NCBI RefSeq assembly: GCF_001194135.2
Contig: NC_068982.1
Coordinates: forward strand, 110,228,803 to 110,290,252
From: Octopus bimaculoides
Lineage: Eukaryota
Direction: 5' to 3'
DNA: 61,450 bases
Shown here: piece by piece, positions 13,420 to 25,986 of the stretch
Position numbering within the stretch: position 1 is the stretch's first letter
Layout of the letters: the number at the start of each line of letters is the position of its first letter
Notes under the pieces: generated by a model
What the model was told of the DNA's origin: nothing
Database searches by the model: none
What the model saw: the letters and a program-made list of their open reading frames with translations, nothing else
Position numbers and translations under genes: made by a program

Positions 13420-13545
13420 TTCTCTGTCTCTCTTTCTCCCTTTTCTCTCTCTCTCCTTCTCTCTCTCTCTCTCTTTCTCTATCTCTCTTTCTCTGTCTCT
13501 GCCTCTCTTTCTCTTTCTCTTCTCTCTCTCATTCACTCACTTTTT
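13147..13545. repeat. About 400-bp polypyrimidine (CT/CTT) tract
   Basis: Almost exclusively C and T on the + strand. Confidence 0.95.
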
Positions 13546-14177
13546 CTCGCTACTTCTATCCCTCGGTTTCCTATTTCTCCTTCATTCTAATATATTAATT
13601 CTTTATTTTCCTCTTTCTCTTCTACGTAGGGTTTTTTTTTAATTAACGTTGTCTTCTCCACCGCCTTCCCTTTTCTCACTGCTTTTGTTTTTTTTTTGTT
13701 TGTTTTGGAGGGAGCTGCTCTGTTGTTTAAATGAGTTTAGTCAGAATTATTTCAGGGAACAGTGCTCACGAACCTTTTTATGAGCCTCTGAGACTAATGG
13801 AAGGAAAGGAGGAAGCAGTTCTCAGTCCAAAGACCTGACCGAAATCTTTGTAAACAAGAGTGGACGCCATTAATGTCAGTCAAGTACCAGATGCTGGTGT
13901 TAAACCTGGCGAAGAATTAAGTCTGCTCCCAAGCCTTGCCATCTCTTCCTCGAGAGACCGTCTTTCTTTCTCACCCTCTCCGCCTTCTCCTTCTCCCTCT
14001 CTCTTTCTCTCTCTCCCTCCCTCTCTCTGTCACGTGCTCACTCTCTTTCCCTTGCTCTTTCTCTGTTGCTCTTTCTCTTCACCTTTATCTGCATCACTAT
14101 CTTTCCGCTTTCTCTCTAGTTTAACTTTCTTGTTATCTCTTTCATTTCTTTCGTTTTTATTTTTCTCAACCGTCTTT

Positions 14178-14240
14178 AAGGGGCCATTCCACAAAAAAAG
14201 GGGCCATTCCACAAAAAAGGGGCCATTCCACAAAAAAAGG
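14178..14240. repeat. Tandem triplication of a ~20-bp unit AAGGGGCCATTCCACAAAAA
   Basis: Three copies differing only in A-run length. Confidence 0.9.
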
Positions 14241-14440
14241 AAAGGGTTGCTGGAATCATCACTTGTTTCTCATCAGGGAGAACATAATAAAACATTTAGT
14301 AGCAAGACAAAAACGAAATGATGGGGTAACTTACGAGCTGAGTTGTTACATGGTCAGTGACCGTTAGAAGGTTTGTTTACATAGAGTTATGACGGGGTCA
14401 CCGATATTATTCCACGGGCTTTAGGCAAGAGAATATACAT

Positions 14441-14472
<32 letters not shown>

Positions 14473-14922
14473 CCTCCATTTCACAGTCACTTTCTAACTC
14501 TCTTTACTACTCTCACTCTCTATCTCATTACACTTCTCTTTCCCTCCCTTCTCTCTCTCTCTCTATCTATCTCTATTTCTATCTCTCTATCTAACTACCT
14601 CACTATTTTCCATTAGTTTACTTTCCAACACCCTCTCTCTAACAACACTGTCCTCATCCTTTCTTCCACACATTCCTACTATACCACGTGTCTCTTTCCT
14701 TTTCCTTTTCATTTCTCCCCTCTTTCCAGCCATTCGGATATTTACACTGTTCATTAGCACAATTAACTAAACCCTCCTCCTTATCCTCTCGACCATTCTC
14801 TGTATATCTGAGTCTCTCCCCCTCTCTCTCTCCCCCCTCTCTTTCTCTCTCTCTCCTTTTTTTATTTTCCTTCTCACATCTTTTCGTTCTCTTATTGCAT
14901 TGCCTCTTTTCCATTGTATGAG

Positions 14923-14925
<3 letters not shown>

Positions 14926-15004
<79 letters not shown>

Positions 15005-15015
15005 TACATACAGAC

Positions 15016-15060
<45 letters not shown>

Positions 15061-15410
15061 CTTACAAACATGCATACACATATATTTATGCATATTTCTA
15101 TGCACAAATCGATGTATATATTTATATATATACATACACATATACATACATACACACACATATATATATATAAGCATACATTCATACGTACATACATAAA
15201 TGCAAACACACGTATATACATACATACATGCATACAAACATACATACAAACATACACACATGCACATATATATATATATCCATGTTTATGGTTTAGTGTC
15301 TTTGCGCATATGTGCGTGTGTGCTTTTGTGTGTGTGTGTATGTGTGTGCATGTGTGTGTGTGTGTGTGTGTGTGTGTGAGTGTGTTTGTGTGTTTGTGTG
15401 TGTGTACTTT
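14926..15410. repeat. Compound microsatellite block (TA, GA, GACA, GATA, CA, TG)
   Basis: Directly visible. Confidence 0.9.
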
Positions 15411-15590
15411 TTTCACAACTGCTTTATTTTTTGTTTTTTAACTGGTATTCTTGTCATTCTTCCTCTTTACCCATTTTACACATCGCATTTATTAAAATAC
15501 ACATCTAAATCCTCACCCATTCCCTATCTGCCTTTCTCTTCAACCCCTCTCTTCCCTTTTTTCTCGCGTTCCCTCTTTGTATCTCTCGCT

Positions 15591-15637
<47 letters not shown>

Positions 15638-16114
15638 GCACGCATACAAATACACACACGTACATACACAGGCACACTCTTCTTTCTCATCAATATTCAC
15701 GACGACCGACCGATCAAGCGTTGCTCATCACCGGCCGTTTAACGGCCATGTCACCCGCCAGACATTAATTCAGAACTGTCGTTAGTCCAGTCCCTATTGC
15801 ACAATGACGACCATTCTCTCATTTCTACCACCACCATCATCATCATTATTACCATTTCCGTTACAGCCGACGCCATTATTGCATGTCCTGATACGCCATT
15901 ATTTCGCTGGTACCATTGTTTGTATTGCAATCAAGTCGTTTGCAATATTAGCGACAACAGCTATCTAAGGGAAAGGTGAGACCACCCTGCGGGCTGAACA
16001 ATTTTTGCAATAATTAATTATTTTAACTGAAACAATGAGCATAATAAATAATAAATATATTTGTTAGTGTGCATATATTATGTGTGTGTTATATATATAA
16101 ATATATACATATGT

Positions 16115-16173
<59 letters not shown>

Positions 16174-17060
16174 NNNNNNNNNNNNNNNNNNNNNNNNNNN
16201 NNNNNNNNNNNNNNNNNNNNNNNNNNNNNNNNNNNNNNNNNNNNNNNNNNNNNNNNNNNNNNNNNNNNNNNNNNNNNNNNNNNNNNNNNNNNNNNNNNNN
16301 NNNNNNNNNNNNNNNNNNNNNNNNNNNNNNNNNNNNNNNNNNNNNNNNNNNNNNNNNNNNNNNNNNNNNNNNNNNNNNNNNNNNNNNNNNNNNNNNNNNN
16401 NNNNNNNNNNNNNNNNNNNNNNNNNNNNNNNNNNNNNNNNNNNNNNNNNNNNNNNNNNNNNNNNNNNNNNNNNNNNNNNNNNNNNNNNNNNNNNNNNNNN
16501 NNNNNNNNNNNNNNNNNNNNNNNNNNNNNNNNNNNNNNNNNNNNNNNNNNNNNNNNNNNNNNNNNNNNNNNNNNNNNNNNNNNNNNNNNNNNNNNNNNNN
16601 NNNNNNNNNNNNNNNNNNNNNNNNNNNNNNNNNNNNNNNNNNNNNNNNNNNNNNNNNNNNNNNNNNNNNNNNNNNNNNNNNNNNNNNNNNNNNNNNNNNN
16701 NNNNNNNNNNNNNNNNNNNNNNNNNNNNNNNNNNNNNNNNNNNNNNNNNNNNNNNNNNNNNNNNNNNNNNNNNNNNNNNNNNNNNNNNNNNNNNNNNNNN
16801 NNNNNNNNNNNNNNNNNNNNNNNNNNNNNNNNNNNNNNNNNNNNNNNNNNNNNNNNNNNNNNNNNNNNNNNNNNNNNNNNNNNNNNNNNNNNNNNNNNNN
16901 NNNNNNNNNNNNNNNNNNNNNNNNNNNNNNNNNNNNNNNNNNNNNNNNNNNNNNNNNNNNNNNNNNNNNNNNNNNNNNNNNNNNNNNNNNNNNNNNNNNN
17001 NNNNNNNNNNNNNNNNNNNNNNNNNNNNNNNNNNNNNNNNNNNNNNNNNNNNNNNNNNNN
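16174..17060. other. Assembly gap
   Basis: N run flanked on both sides by (TA)n. Confidence 1.
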
Positions 17061-17102
<42 letters not shown>

Positions 17103-17530
17103 TCTGGTTCAGTTCCACATGATTTAATGCTTTGTGGCCGTGTAGGACGCGCCCATCTCACCGCTCAAACTAGCCTTGTAGGAACGACGACGACAATGAC
17201 GACAGCATTGATGACAACGGAGACAACAACGAAAGTGTGTATTTTTGATAAAGCCTAAACTGCGAATGAAATGGGTATCTTCAGCGAACGGCTAGTTGGT
17301 CTGCGGTGGACATGTCAACTATAAATAAAGTTATAAAACCAACCAGAATATTCGCCCTTCGGGCAGAGAAATTTATATGGGAACAAAAATCCTCGTTCCA
17401 TGCCTTAACTGAATATCAATTAACTTAGGTCACATTAACTGAACACAACAGCCCTATTGTTGAAATAACATGATGACATCTCATTGCTATTTCTTTTTAA
17501 TATCACCAATGCTATAAGAAAAAACTATAC

Positions 17531-17923
17531 TGTGTGGTAAGTAGCTTGCTTACTAACCACATGGTTCTGGGTTCAGTCCCACTGCGTGGCACCTTGGGCA
17601 AGTGTCTTCTACTATAGCCTCGGGCCGACCAAAGCCTTGTGAGTGGATTTGGTAGACGGAAACTGAAAGAAGCCCATCGTATATATGTATGTGTGTGTAC
17701 ATGTTTGTGTGTCTGTGTTTGTCCTCCCCCCCCCCCAACATCGCTTGACAACCGATGCTGGTGTGTTTACGTTCCCGTAACTTAGCAGTTCGGCTAAAGA
17801 GACCGATAGAATAAGTATTAGGCTTCCAAAGAATAAGTCCTGGAGTCGATTTGCTCGACTAAAGGTGATGCTCCAGTATGGCCGCAGTCAAATGACTGAA
17901 ACAAGTAAAAGAGTAAAAGAGTA
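17531..17923 (+). mobile_element. SINE family A
   Basis: Near-identical to the 7189 and 42754 copies. Confidence 0.9.
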
Positions 17924-18884
17924 TAAATGGAAATTTTAATTTATTATACTATTTTAATTTATTAAGCAATTTTATTTATTTTCTTTATTGTACTACCCAT
18001 TGAATATATTAGAGTAACACAAGAATGAAAAAAAAAAGGCAATGGAAACATCAACTCGAATCAATACGTACATCAGGCAGCCAATGTAATATACAAGTTC
18101 AAATGTAAATTTTGTCTCACACTGTTACATCAGGCATGTAAGTACGACACTTTTTCGTCGGTTGATTAGGCGTTTACGCAAGAGATGCATTGCGAAATTA
18201 GATAATTGACTATAACATTAGCTGATAACAATAATTTTATATAGGATTCTATGAAAAACATGAGAATAACTGAGGAAACTTCCAAAATATAAACTTAAAA
18301 CCAACACAGTGATACATCACATGAAAATAAGTCAGGAAATCTACCAGGACTTTACTGCTGTAAAATTTTTTAATCTGTGTGGACGATTTTATGTTTTAAC
18401 AGTATTGCCATTATCCGTTTCTGTTCGTGCGCTCTGCAACTTATTGCAATGCGCGCGAGCAGCATGCTATTAAAACCATCATTTCATTTTGATGATGAGA
18501 CTGAGAAGGATTTAGGAACGCTATTGTTTCATACTAAGTATAAAGGATTCAAAAGAAATGCAAAAATAACGGTAATGTTGTGGAAGGATTACGACCACCC
18601 TTCGAGTGACTAAAAGGTGGATTGACTCATTATTATAAAGTAAAGAACTGTAGGCGATTAGCAGTTCGTGTTGGTAGCAGTTCACTGTGAGCCTTTGATA
18701 TAGAGCGTTGAGTCTCGTGTAATAGCAATAGTAGAGCGTCGTGTATATACTTTCTTCCCCCTGATTCGTTAAGTATATATCCAATACAAGGATATAAAAG
18801 TAGCGACGAGTTGTTCGAAGGTTGCATTGGATGTTTAATTTTTTTTTTTCTTTTTTTGTACGAAACCAAAGAAAAAATATTTTA

Positions 18885-19640
18885 ACATGGAGAACTGATT
18901 GGCCTCCGTGGTGCAGTTGCAACAGCAGCAGCAGCAACAACAGTAGCAACTACAGCAGCAGCAACAACAATAGCAGCAACTACAGCAGCAGCAGCAACAA
19001 CTAAACCAACAGTTGCTGGAATTAGAGTTGAAGAAGTTTGAAAAGACTTCAGGTTTGTACTCGCCAGACAGCGTAGCAAACTCAATTGGAGAATTCAAAC
19101 ACAACCTAGAAGAAGGCATGACCTTCCCTACATATTTTTGTAGATACGAAGAAATCTTCAAAGAAGGATGTAAAAGTTGGTCCGATGAGATGAAAGTATG
19201 ACTACTTTTAAGACATTTATCCCCTGCCGAACAAGAAAAATATAGTAATTATATTCTGCCGAAGAAACCAGGTGAGATTCGTTTCAATAAAACAATGTTT
19301 TAATCAAAAATTTTAAGTGAAAGAAGTTCCCTGTTCAATACTCACTAGGAATGTTTGAATTTGGTCAAAAAAGATTATGAGCATTTCGTCACCTGTGCCG
19401 GAGTGGTTAACAGGGAGTGTGAGAAATTCAAGTTGAATGAATTAACCCCGGACGTGTTCAAGTCTTTAATTTTTGTTCAAGGGCTTACTGCAAACAAAGA
19501 TGCAGAAATACGTTCTCAGATATTAACAAAATTAGAACAAGACCAAAATTTAACTTTACAGGCAGTAACAGGAGAATGTCAGGGGATTATTAATCTACGA
19601 CATGACGCGAATAAAAATGAAAGAAATACTGAAGAGATAA
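18885..19640 (+). pseudogene. gag remnant with polyQ N-terminus
   Basis: QQQ..LELELKKFEKTSGLYSPDSVANSIGEFKHNLEEGMTFPTYFCRYEEIF..FKSLIFVQGL..DAEIRSQILTKLEQ; in-frame stops. Confidence 0.8.
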
Positions 19641-19679
19641 AAATATGCACGACACAATTACGAACCATTTCTCATTGAG

Positions 19680-20729
19680 ACAATGTGTTGATGTATGCAC
19701 AAAGAGTAGTAGTGCCAGCCACACTATAAAAGCGATGATTAAAGGAATTTCATATTGGTCACCGAGGGATTTCGTGAATGAAATCATTAATGAAGGGTTA
19801 CGTATATTGGCCAACAATGGACCGTGACATTGAAGAATCAGAGAAAGCATGCAGAGGGTGTGTCTTAGCTGAAAAATCACCTACTGCTAAGTGACAACCG
19901 TGGCCAAAATCAGATGTTTCATAGGCCAGACTGCATGTTGAATACGCAGGTCTACTTAAGGGTTCATATTACTTTGTTGTTGTAGACAGCCTTTCAAAGT
20001 GGCCGGAAGAGCATAAATGTAAAAAGCCGACATCTACGGTTACAATAAGTTTTTTTACATGAATTGTTCGCCAGGTATGGTATTCCGGATACCATTCTGT
20101 CTGATAATGGAAATCAATTTACGTCAGATGAGTTCAGGAAATTTTGTAAAAATGTTCATCATCGAACATTTCACCACTCCACCCTATCACCTTAGGTCAG
20201 ATAGGCAAGCGGAGCGATTTGTTGACACTTTCAAGAGGACGATATTGCACTCCAACAATTTCTAAGAGTGTACCGAGTGACAGCTAATCCGAATACACCG
20301 TTGGGAATGTCACCCGTAGAACTGTTGTTTGCTAGGAAGGTCAGATTCGATTTTGGTAAGCTAATACCTAGTGAAAATATAAAAAATGCGAACGACAAAA
20401 ATACTTCAAAATTCTTCAAGTTAGGTGACAAACCCTTTTTTTTAACCTACAGATATGGTGAATAAAGCTGGGAGGGCAGTGTAATTATTAAGCAAATTGG
20501 AAAAATGAAATTCCTGGTAAAAGGAAAAAAAATTGAACATAAAAGACGCATCAACCAGCTTAAAAAAAGATTCACGGAAAAAACAGTCACAAGATATTAA
20601 ATCCTTATAGAAGTATTGTACATGTTTGAAGTACCAACACCCAAACAATTTGAAACTACACATTCTAGCACCAGAAAACGGAAAAGAACGGAAACTCTGG
20701 AATTGAACCCTAAGCGTAAGAGATATTAA
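19680..20729 (+). pseudogene. Integrase remnant
   Basis: HHCC zone (FHIGHRGI..YVYWPTMDRDIE..CRGC), FVVVDSLSKWPE, SDNGNQFTS, AERFVDTFK, C-terminus LELNPKRKRY*; multiple disruptions. Confidence 0.85.
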
Positions 20730-21156
20730 AACTCGGAGCGGCATTCAATTCTCAAAAGGGGAGAAAATAGAGGATACTGGTTCTAAAAAGCGGAGAAAAT
20801 AGGGGAGACTGATCCTAAAAAGGGAAGATGCTGTGGAAGGATTCCGACCACCCCTCAAATGACTAAAAGGTGGCTTGACTCATTATTATAAATTTAAAAA
20901 CTGTGAGCGATTCGCAGTTCGTGTTGGTAGCAATTCACTGGGAACCTTTGATATAGAGCGTTGAGTCTCGTGTAATAGTAAGAGTAGTGCATCGTGTATA
21001 TACTTTCTTCCCCCTGCTTCATTAAGTATATATATCCAATATAAGGATACAAAACCTAATTAAAAAGAAAAACATGAAACTCGGATTAGTCGTGTGTTCA
21101 AAATAAAATGTCTATAAGAAAAGCTGTTTACAGAAACACACACACACTCACACACG

Positions 21157-21228
<72 letters not shown>

Positions 21229-22369
21229 CATGTATGCATATATATGTGTGCGTATGCATGCCTGCATGCATTTTTGTATGTATGTATGTATGTATGTATG
21301 TATGGTGATGGTAGTCTCTCGTGGTCCGAGAAAAATGATTCTCATTTCTTACCGAACAACCTTCACAAATTATTTGTTTATAGTGATCAAATGTTCGTGT
21401 TGTGCATTAGCTCACTCCCTGAAACCTTCTACCTCTGAAGCATGCTAACGAAAAAGCGTCTATAGAGGCATAGAAAGGTAGATGTGGAAGCATCTCTTCG
21501 ATATCAGTTTTGTTTTAAAGAGCGGAATAATAAAGAATCTAGAATCGATCACCTCTCAGGTTAAGATTCAATAATGCTTCTTCACTTCCGAATTGGCGTA
21601 AACTCGTAGTTTGCGTTTCTAAGTGTCTTTCCGGCTGACCTGCGGGAAAACAGGTCAAACTTACAAATATTTGCAGATCTACGATCGCCTAGAGTACAAT
21701 GAACGCAATACAATACTTCTTCTCTGATCACATCCTACAGCTTGGTGACTTTATACTTAGTTTTAAATGTTATCACATTCCTCGTTGCTGTGTAAAGCAT
21801 ATAAGGTTAAAAAACAAAAGCAGTAGTGTTTATTCATAAATTATATCTCTATTGCGTTTCAGTAAATTCTCTTTAAAAATCGCCAATCAGAATCATATTA
21901 TAGATTACTTCGTAGTTTGTAACCGGAACCACAGAAGCATTAAGTACACGCCTTCTTAAAATCTATATTCTCAATGTGTGTCTGTCCAGAGGCAAATTTC
22001 CAACAGCAGAGTAACTTTTAATGACCACCCAAATAAAAATTTCAACACAGAAACCAGAATAAAATATATGTATCCTGCATGAATTATTCAACAGATTATT
22101 TTACTCGTTAAGTATAAGGATGCATGCACTTAGGTACAGGTCTACGATAACATTGAAAGTAGTAAAACGTTTATCTACAATCAATTGTTTTCATGCTCTA
22201 CTAGACCTCGCTCAATGCAAGATTCGCTGCAAATATAGAATGACTAACAACCACCACCATCTCACCATATAGGACACTCTCTAGAACGTATACAACTCTA
22301 ACAAGATGTAGATCACGGACGGGTAGCCTTTCAATAAGATGCTACGTTTCAGAGTTTCAGTCATTATGA

Positions 22370-22500
22370 AACCTAGAAAAGAAAACTAATAGGCACAAGA
22401 ACGATCTACAGGTGGTATTTATAAATGTAACCAAAGCCTTTTGATTCTGGTTACACGGGTTCATTTTGTGCTTTCCAAACTAGAAATTTGAGATAAAATC
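22370..22500 (+). mobile_element. Possible RTE-type LINE reverse transcriptase fragment
   Basis: EKKTNRHKNDLQVVFINVTKAF(fs)DS resembles the RT motif VFIDLxKAFDSV. Confidence 0.35.
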
Positions 22501-23740
22501 ATTTGAATCAATCGATCCTACCACGAAGAAATGGTAACCAGTGTTTAACTCTAATAAAGATTACTTTTGGCTCAATGTCCTTTGTACCATTCATGACTAA
22601 GTAAATGTCTGCATTTTGAAATCTTCATCGATGTACTTTTTAACAAAGTGCAGGTAATAATTAATAATTAACAATTTACTGTTTGGTAAACTTATATTTG
22701 TGGCGAACATGTGGTACTTCTTTGATTACTTAATTTCTGCAATCAATGCTATGGAACCTTTTGTCAGTAAACGAGAGATAGATTTACTTTGTCTAGAATT
22801 GGTGCATTGCAAGTCGGTCCATCATTGTACATCGATTACTGATGGACGAACTTTTGAAGACAAGCTACTGATACTTATAACTGAACCCTGCAGATTTTTT
22901 GCAACGGTTTTATTAATATACGCGCGCGCACACGCGTGTGTGTGTACGTACGTTTGTATGTATGTATATCTTATTTTTTAACATAATTCTCCGGAGATCT
23001 TAAATTATGTAATGTAAAGATTACAAATTTACGTATAGTCGGTAGTCTGTACCCCACCTCCACCTTTACTAATTGGTGTTATGACTTCTAATATTATTGG
23101 CAGTAGTTCTGGTAGAGTATTTTGAAGGTTAAACAAAGTTGACTCTGGAGGACTTTTGGAAAAAAGCTAAACCGTCTGATTCTGCGCCAAGACTGCTTAT
23201 CTTATTGTTTCCTTTTTGTTAGTTTTTTTTTTTCTCTTGAGTTTTTTTTTGTGTGTTTTTTTTGTTTTTTGTTTTTTGTCCTCTTTGAATTTTGTCTTAA
23301 GCTGTTCTAAGAAACATTTCACTGAAGAAAAAATTTGTTGCTCCTTCTTTGGATTGTCGGAGAAATTCTACAGCTTTTTAAATAGATATCAAATCTGGGA
23401 TGAGTTGTACGTATACAGGTTATTTGGATGTATAACTAGCTCGATTCTCTCAGTCCAAAACTAGTTTCACATACGTAACAAAATAAAGCCTTTAGGTCTA
23501 ACAATATCTGCTTGCCCGCTGCAAGATCATTTTTTTAGTTCCTCCTTCTATGAATGTGTCAGTGAAGTGCGAATAATTCTTCCTCTCATTTTTTTCTTTT
23601 CAGTCTGTATGAGTGAGGGGTGAATTTGTTATTGAACAACATTTCAAAATTTTCATCTTGAGAATTCATCTACTTCATGGAATAGCGTAAGATTTGTTAG
23701 TTTTAAGAGTACTGTTTTGGTTGTAATATTATAAGGATTT

Positions 23741-24130
23741 CGTGGAGACGCAATGGCCCAGTGGTTAGGGCAGCGAACTCGCGGTCATAGGATCGCAGTT
23801 TCGATTCCCAGACCGGGCGTTGTGAGTGTTTATTGAGCGAAAACGCCTAAGGCTACACGAGGTTCCGGCAGGGGATGGTGGCGAACCCTGCTGTACTCTT
23901 TCACCACAACTTTCTCTCACTCTTTCTTCCTGTTTCTGTTGTACCTGTATTTCAAAGGGCCAGCCTTGTCACACTGTGTCACGCTGAATATCCCCGAGAA
24001 CTACATTAAGGGTACACGTGTCTGTGGAGTGCTCAGCCACTTGCACGTTAATTTCACGAGCAGGCTGTTCCGTTGATCGGATCAACTGGAACCCTCGACG
24101 TCGTAAGCGACGTAGTGCCAACAACAACAA
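23741..24130 (+). mobile_element. SINE family B, full length
   Basis: tRNA-like head (TGGCCCAGTGG..GTTTCGATTCC), tail GACGTCGTAAGCGACG.AGTGCCAACAACAA, 13-bp TSD ATTATAAGGATTT (23728-23740 / 24130-24142). Confidence 0.9.
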
Positions 24131-24654
24131 TTATAAGGATTTATCTATGCACTTGTTTGAAGAAATGCTACGAAGCTTGTTTTGAACACATAACACTGTT
24201 GGTGAAAGCAAAACAGCATTTTGCCTGAGATTTTATTCGACTGGTGTCTATTATTATTATATTGACTAAGGCTTTTCTTTTGAAAGTGTTTAATTACTTT
24301 TGATTTTTAATTATTTTGCGGTTTCGTTCTGGATAGGCGTATTGCTAACAATATTTACGAGGATGTCCTTCTTGTTCTACGGCTATCAGCAGATAAAGAC
24401 ATTCCGCTGTTGTTCATAGTTGCATTAGTCTTTTATTGACGCCAATATAAATTTTGTACTTTGAGAAAGTTTCTCTTTCTCTCTTGAAATTTTATTGTTT
24501 GTCTGGGTATGTCTGTTTCTCAGGATAGTTTATGACTGGATAATGACCTTGTTTTCTATTTTAAACACTTATACATATATACGGGTGTATATGTGTGTGT
24601 TCGTGAGTGCTGTGTATGTGCGTCTGTGTGTGTATCTACATAGTAGTAGTAGTA

Positions 24655-24750
24655 AATTAGTACCAGTTGCCAGCTGAGTACTGGGGGGGTGTAATTTGAC
24701 TCACCCCTGCCCCAAAATTTCAGGCCTTGCGCCTATGATAGAAAGGTTTA
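24655..24750 (+). mobile_element. Family C SINE 3' fragment
   Basis: GTACCAG..CCCCAAAATTTCAGGCCTTGCGCCTATGATAGAAAGG. Confidence 0.6.
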
Positions 24751-25290
24751 TCGTCATTCTTGTTTCGTCGTCGTTGTCGTCATCATCACTACCATCATCA
24801 TTATTACTTCAATAGTCCTATTTATATTACACAATCGAACTGATCTCAGTATGACTTGAGAACGTGCATTGTTTGTTTTATTTTTGTGGTAAATGTTTGT
24901 CATTGTATTGCGAATATTCTATGCAAGATATGTAAATGCCTCGTTGGGCAATTTTCTGTATGCTGTGTATGTCTGTAAATCTCAATGTTTTGTTTATATA
25001 TTTATGTTTGTCTCCTTTTATCATTCTCAATGCATCTGTTGTTACGAGGATGGTTTCTCTTTCCAATCCCCTCATTCTGGATATTTCTTTTTCCAAGGTT
25101 TTATATTTTACATAGATTTTCTACATATTTCAGAGATTCATTGTCGTACATTGGAACTGAAAGGTCGATTAAAAGATATTTTTTGTATTTGTATCGTTCC
25201 CACTCTTCCGCCGCCCTGCTGGCGGAAATCATTGTTATCATTATTCATTTTATCATTATTATTATTGTTGTTGTTGTTGTTGTTGTTGTT

Positions 25291-25432
25291 GTGTTTCTGT
25301 GTTCAAATTCCACCAGGTCAGCTTTGCCTTTCGGGGTCGATAAATTAAGTACCAGGGAAACATTGGGGTTGATGTAATCGACTAGTCCCCTCCCAAAAAT
25401 GTCAGGCCTTGTGCCTTTAGTAGAAAGGATTA
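25291..25432 (+). mobile_element. Family C SINE, partial
   Basis: GTTCAAATTCC..GGGGTCGATAAATTAAGTACCAG..GGCCTTGTGCCTTTAGTAGAAAGG. Confidence 0.75.
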
Positions 25433-25440
25433 TTATTATT

Positions 25441-25832
25441 GTTGTTGTTGTTGTTGTTCATGAGTTTTTCCTCTTTCAATTTTGTTTCCATTTCTTGCCG
25501 AGTGTCTTGCCGACTCATAAGGCAAAGAAACTCCCTTTTCAATACGTGTGACGTACCACTTAATCTATTGCACTTCTTGCAGGGATAGTAAGCCAGAGAT
25601 CATTCTCAAATAACTTTCATTTCCTTTTATTGATCACTCCAAGTGCTCCTACAATCATTGATAATACAACTGTCTTGAGATGCCACATTTTTTTCAATGT
25701 CAATGAGCAAACCTTTCTATTTTCTGAGCTTGTAAGATTCTTTTGCCGAGATGTTATGATCACAAGGAATACTCATGTCAATCAATAAATAAACTTTATC
25801 GTTTTGGTCTTTCACAACAATATCCGGTTTAC
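25441..25832 (-). mobile_element. REL-endonuclease non-LTR retrotransposon 3' fragment (R4/Dong-like)
   Basis: Minus strand KPDIVVKDQNDKVYLLIDMSIPCDHNISAKE..IEKMWHLKTVVLSMIVGALGVI; ends in (AAC)n(AAT)n tail. Confidence 0.75.
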
Positions 25833-25986
25833 TGTTGTTGTTTGTTGTTGTTTAAAACGTCGCACAGTATCCAACATCGTGATGATGTCGATTGAAGATA
25901 TTGTGTCTACCGGAGGTTTGTACTGTCTGCCAAGTCACAACAAGGACCTCAAACAGACAGCACTTTACGCAATAAGCATGCAGTAC

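Larger units (their letters stand above)
18576..21054 (+). mobile_element. Gypsy-type (K02A2.6-like) LTR retrotransposon, internally deleted: LTR-gag-integrase-LTR
   Basis: Matching LTRs 18576-18799 and 20829-21054 (TGTTGTGGAAGGATT / TGCTGTGGAAGGATT), PBS-like GTAGCGACGAG, PPT AAAAAGGGAAGA; no protease/RT/RNase H motifs; TSD not clear. Confidence 0.9.

Noticed and set aside
14178-14240. CRISPR-like array
   Set aside because: Eukaryotic context, no unique spacers, no cas genes.
13860-14321. 153-aa ORF MDAINVSQVPDAG..
   Set aside because: Mostly CT tract and the 20-bp triplication; no domain or splice evidence.
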